This document shows positions 61,890 to 64,000 of a stretch of DNA of 64,000 nt, one piece after another. The stretch lies in contig JAHLWS010000078.1 in the NCBI GenBank assembly GCA_019057795.1, forward strand, positions 64,001-128,000, written 5' to 3'. A program made the position numbers and the translations under genes. Under the pieces are notes generated by a model, which was not told the DNA's origin, ran no database searches, and saw only the letters and a list, made by a program, of their open reading frames with translations. The first letter of the stretch is position 1. Each line of letters opens with the position of its first letter. The DNA is from Promethearchaeota archaeon (GTDB lineage Archaea > Asgardarchaeota > Lokiarchaeia > Sigyniarchaeales > SOKP01).

Positions 61890-63098
61890 ATGAAAGCTAT
61901 AGAATTAAGAGCAAAATGGGATCCTAAACCAGATTTCAAACTTGGTTTAAAGGATAATGATGGAAAGCTTACTTATCTCGGTTCTCAAGTTTGGAGAGGT
62001 CCACATATAAGTGTTGTGGATAAGGAAAAGCCAAAGATTCTTCCAAATGAAGTGCTTATCAGAGTAAAACGCTGTGGAATTCTTTAAAGATTTGTTTTAA
62101 AGAACACAATATGCGGCTCTGATGTTCATATGAATCAGGCTTACGATGATGGGTATATCTATTATCCTGGGCTAACAGCATTTCCAGTAACCCTCGGACA
62201 TGAATTTGCAGGAGAAATTGTTGAAGTAGGATCTCAAGCAATAAGTAAAAGGACTGGGAAACATTATGAAATAGGAGAGCCTGTAACCGTAGAAGAAATG
62301 GCATGGTGTGGTGAATGCAAACCTTGTTGTGATGGATATCCGAATCATTGCGAACGATTACAAGAAATTGGTTTTTCTATAGATGGAGCGTTTGCCGAGT
62401 ACATAACGGTTCCAGCAAAACTTTGTTGGAGTTTAAAGAAATTAGAAAGAAATTACGATGATGTTTTTAAAATTGGTAGCTTGGTTGAACCAACTTCAGT
62501 TGCTTTCAATGCAGTTATTGAGAGAGGTGGAGGCATTCGTCCAGGAGAAAATGTTATAATCTTGGGGGCTGGACCAATTGGATTAGTCTCTACTAAAATA
62601 TTGAAGACCGCAGGAGCGGGGTTATGCATTGTTTCAGAACCTGAAGAACATCGAGCGTCGTTAGCTAAACAAATGGGAGCCGACTATGTTATTAATCCTC
62701 TTAAAGAAAACTTTGTAGAAAAAGTAAAAGAATATACCGACAATGAAGGTGCAGCGCTATATCTTGAAGCTACAGGATTGCCACAAGTAGTAACTGATGA
62801 CATTCAAAATGCTATTTGGGAATGCAAGGCGGTTAATAGTACCGTCGTAATAGTTGCAAGAGCGGAACAAAGAATGCCAGTGTGTGGAGAGTTTTTTCAA
62901 GTCAAAAGGGCTAGAATTGTAGGAGCTCAAGGGCACTCAGGACACGGAACTTTTTTCAACGTAATTAGTTCGATGGCAGCTGGTATGGATGTTACTCCGA
63001 TGATTACAAAAGAAATTTCTCTTGAAGAAGTCCCAGAAAACATAAAACTTTTACAAACTGATAGAAAAAATTGCAAAATCTCCGCAATTATAAACTAA
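61890..63098 (+). CDS. iolM: Scyllo-inosose 3-dehydrogenase-like MDR enzyme, interrupted by a 30-nt insertion (candidate intron 62080-62109)
   Basis: MKAIELRAKWDPKPDFKLG...TYLGSQVWR...KRCG[I]CGSDVHM...YPGLTAFPVTLGHEF; both ORF pieces are in the same frame. Confidence 0.8.
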
Positions 63099-63105
63099 TA
63101 TGGGA

Positions 63106-63918
63106 CTACAAAATCGATCTTAAATATTGCAAAGAGCTTTTCGCTACTTCTTCAAAAGAAGGCTTCATAATTGTTTCAATTGAAACAAATTCGCTATACC
63201 CTGCGTTTTTAAAAATACTTAGAAAAGTTTTAAAATCAAAATGCCCTGAACCGGGAGCTCTTCGAGTTGTATCTGCTAAGTGTACATGTCCGACATGACG
63301 GGCCACTTCTTTTAAATTCTCCCAAACATAGATAGGATCTTCTTCTAAATGCGTATGAAATGAATCAACTAGCAACTTTAAGTACTCTGATCCTATTTCT
63401 TCAATTAATTTTAATGATTGAGAAATCGTATTATAGGAATCTATTTCGAAACGATTAATAGGCTCAAACACGAGCATTACGTTATTGTCTTCAGCTAACT
63501 TACAACATTCTTTTAAGGAAGAAATAATGTTTAACCTTTCTTTATTTGGATTACTATTGTGTTTGAAACGACCTCTTATTAACCCTATTATGACTTTAGA
63601 TCGCGTTTCTCGAGCAAAATTAATGTATTTTTCAATTCTTTCTATCGCTTTTTCCCGATTAGACTTTTCAGTATCTCCAAAAGAATACCCATAACGTATA
63701 TATGTGCTCCCTGTGCCAAGAGCAGAGATTTTTAATTCGTAAGATTCCGCAATTTCCACAATTTTATCAACATCGATTTTTTCAGGTTCAAGAAGGCTTA
63801 ATTCTACCCCATCATACTGTAAAGGCGCTAGTAATTGGCATAACGACGAAAACTTTTTGATTATGCCCTCTTTGTTGCTTTTAGATTCGTTTAATCCGGC
63901 AACTATACTAAGCAACAT
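63106..63918 (-). CDS. iolO: Sugar phosphate isomerase/epimerase (5-keto-L-gluconate epimerase-like)
   Basis: YDGVEL, GTG, IIGLIRG, EPINRFE, DSFH, HVHLADTTRRAPGSGH; next to iolM. Confidence 0.75.
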   Translation of the reverse strand: MLLSIVAGLNESKSNKEGIIKKFSSLCQLLAPLQYDGVELSLLEPEKIDVDKIVEIAESYELKISALGTGSTYIRYGYSFGDTEKSNREKAIERIEKYINFARETRSKVIIGLIRGRFKHNSNPNKERLNIISSLKECCKLAEDNNVMLVFEPINRFEIDSYNTISQSLKLIEEIGSEYLKLLVDSFHTHLEEDPIYVWENLKEVARHVGHVHLADTTRRAPGSGHFDFKTFLSIFKNAGYSEFVSIETIMKPSFEEVAKSSLQYLRSIL

Positions 63919-64000
63919 ATACTTATCTAAATCTGTTATTATTAAAATATTTATCAGATGTGAATGACTAAAATTATTAATATAGAATTAATTTTTAGGT

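Noticed and set aside
3214-63694. Short antisense or overlapping ORFs in the track (e.g. 3214, 6570, 7422, 9170, 40325, 47116, 47601, 57152, 58989, 63485)
   Set aside because: They are shadows of longer genes on the opposite strand or in another frame, with no motifs.

Overview
Very AT-rich archaeal DNA, most likely Asgard (Lokiarchaeia-type). This is inferred from BHB-intron tRNA, GGTGA-type RBS, TPR-PCI and CxxC...CDHHF protein families. 1-42.9 kb is an accessory, defence-like island of about 35 short unrelated genes (about 12 HEPN Rx4H proteins, a Pycsar pair, PIN, FRG, PLD, NucC/DUF6602-like, AbiTii, Abi_C, DUF2441, Schlafen-like). They are separated by about 14 good and 2 degenerate copies of a co-oriented GC-rich site (ATCTCCCTCCCCCGTGGTGCCCCCTCCTAAAAAAGTAGG) that has a sharp inverted-repeat core and often an attached TATA-containing arm, and by 5 copies or fragments of a ~69-aa ORF. 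The layout is an integron-like cassette array with non-attC sites, and no recombinase lies in the window. It ends at a tRNA-Phe(GAA) with three BHB introns. Next is a minus-strand operon: a membrane HerA/FtsK-type ATPase, an acidic (D/N)xFEP-repeat protein, and paralogues with a shared N-terminus but swapped nuclease C-termini (LAGLIDADG vs PD-(D/E)XK). After that come a Shedu-like plus HEPN pair and inositol/sugar catabolism genes. The iolM-like gene carries a 30-nt hairpin insertion that looks like a BHB mRNA intron. All family calls come from motifs read by eye, not from database searches.
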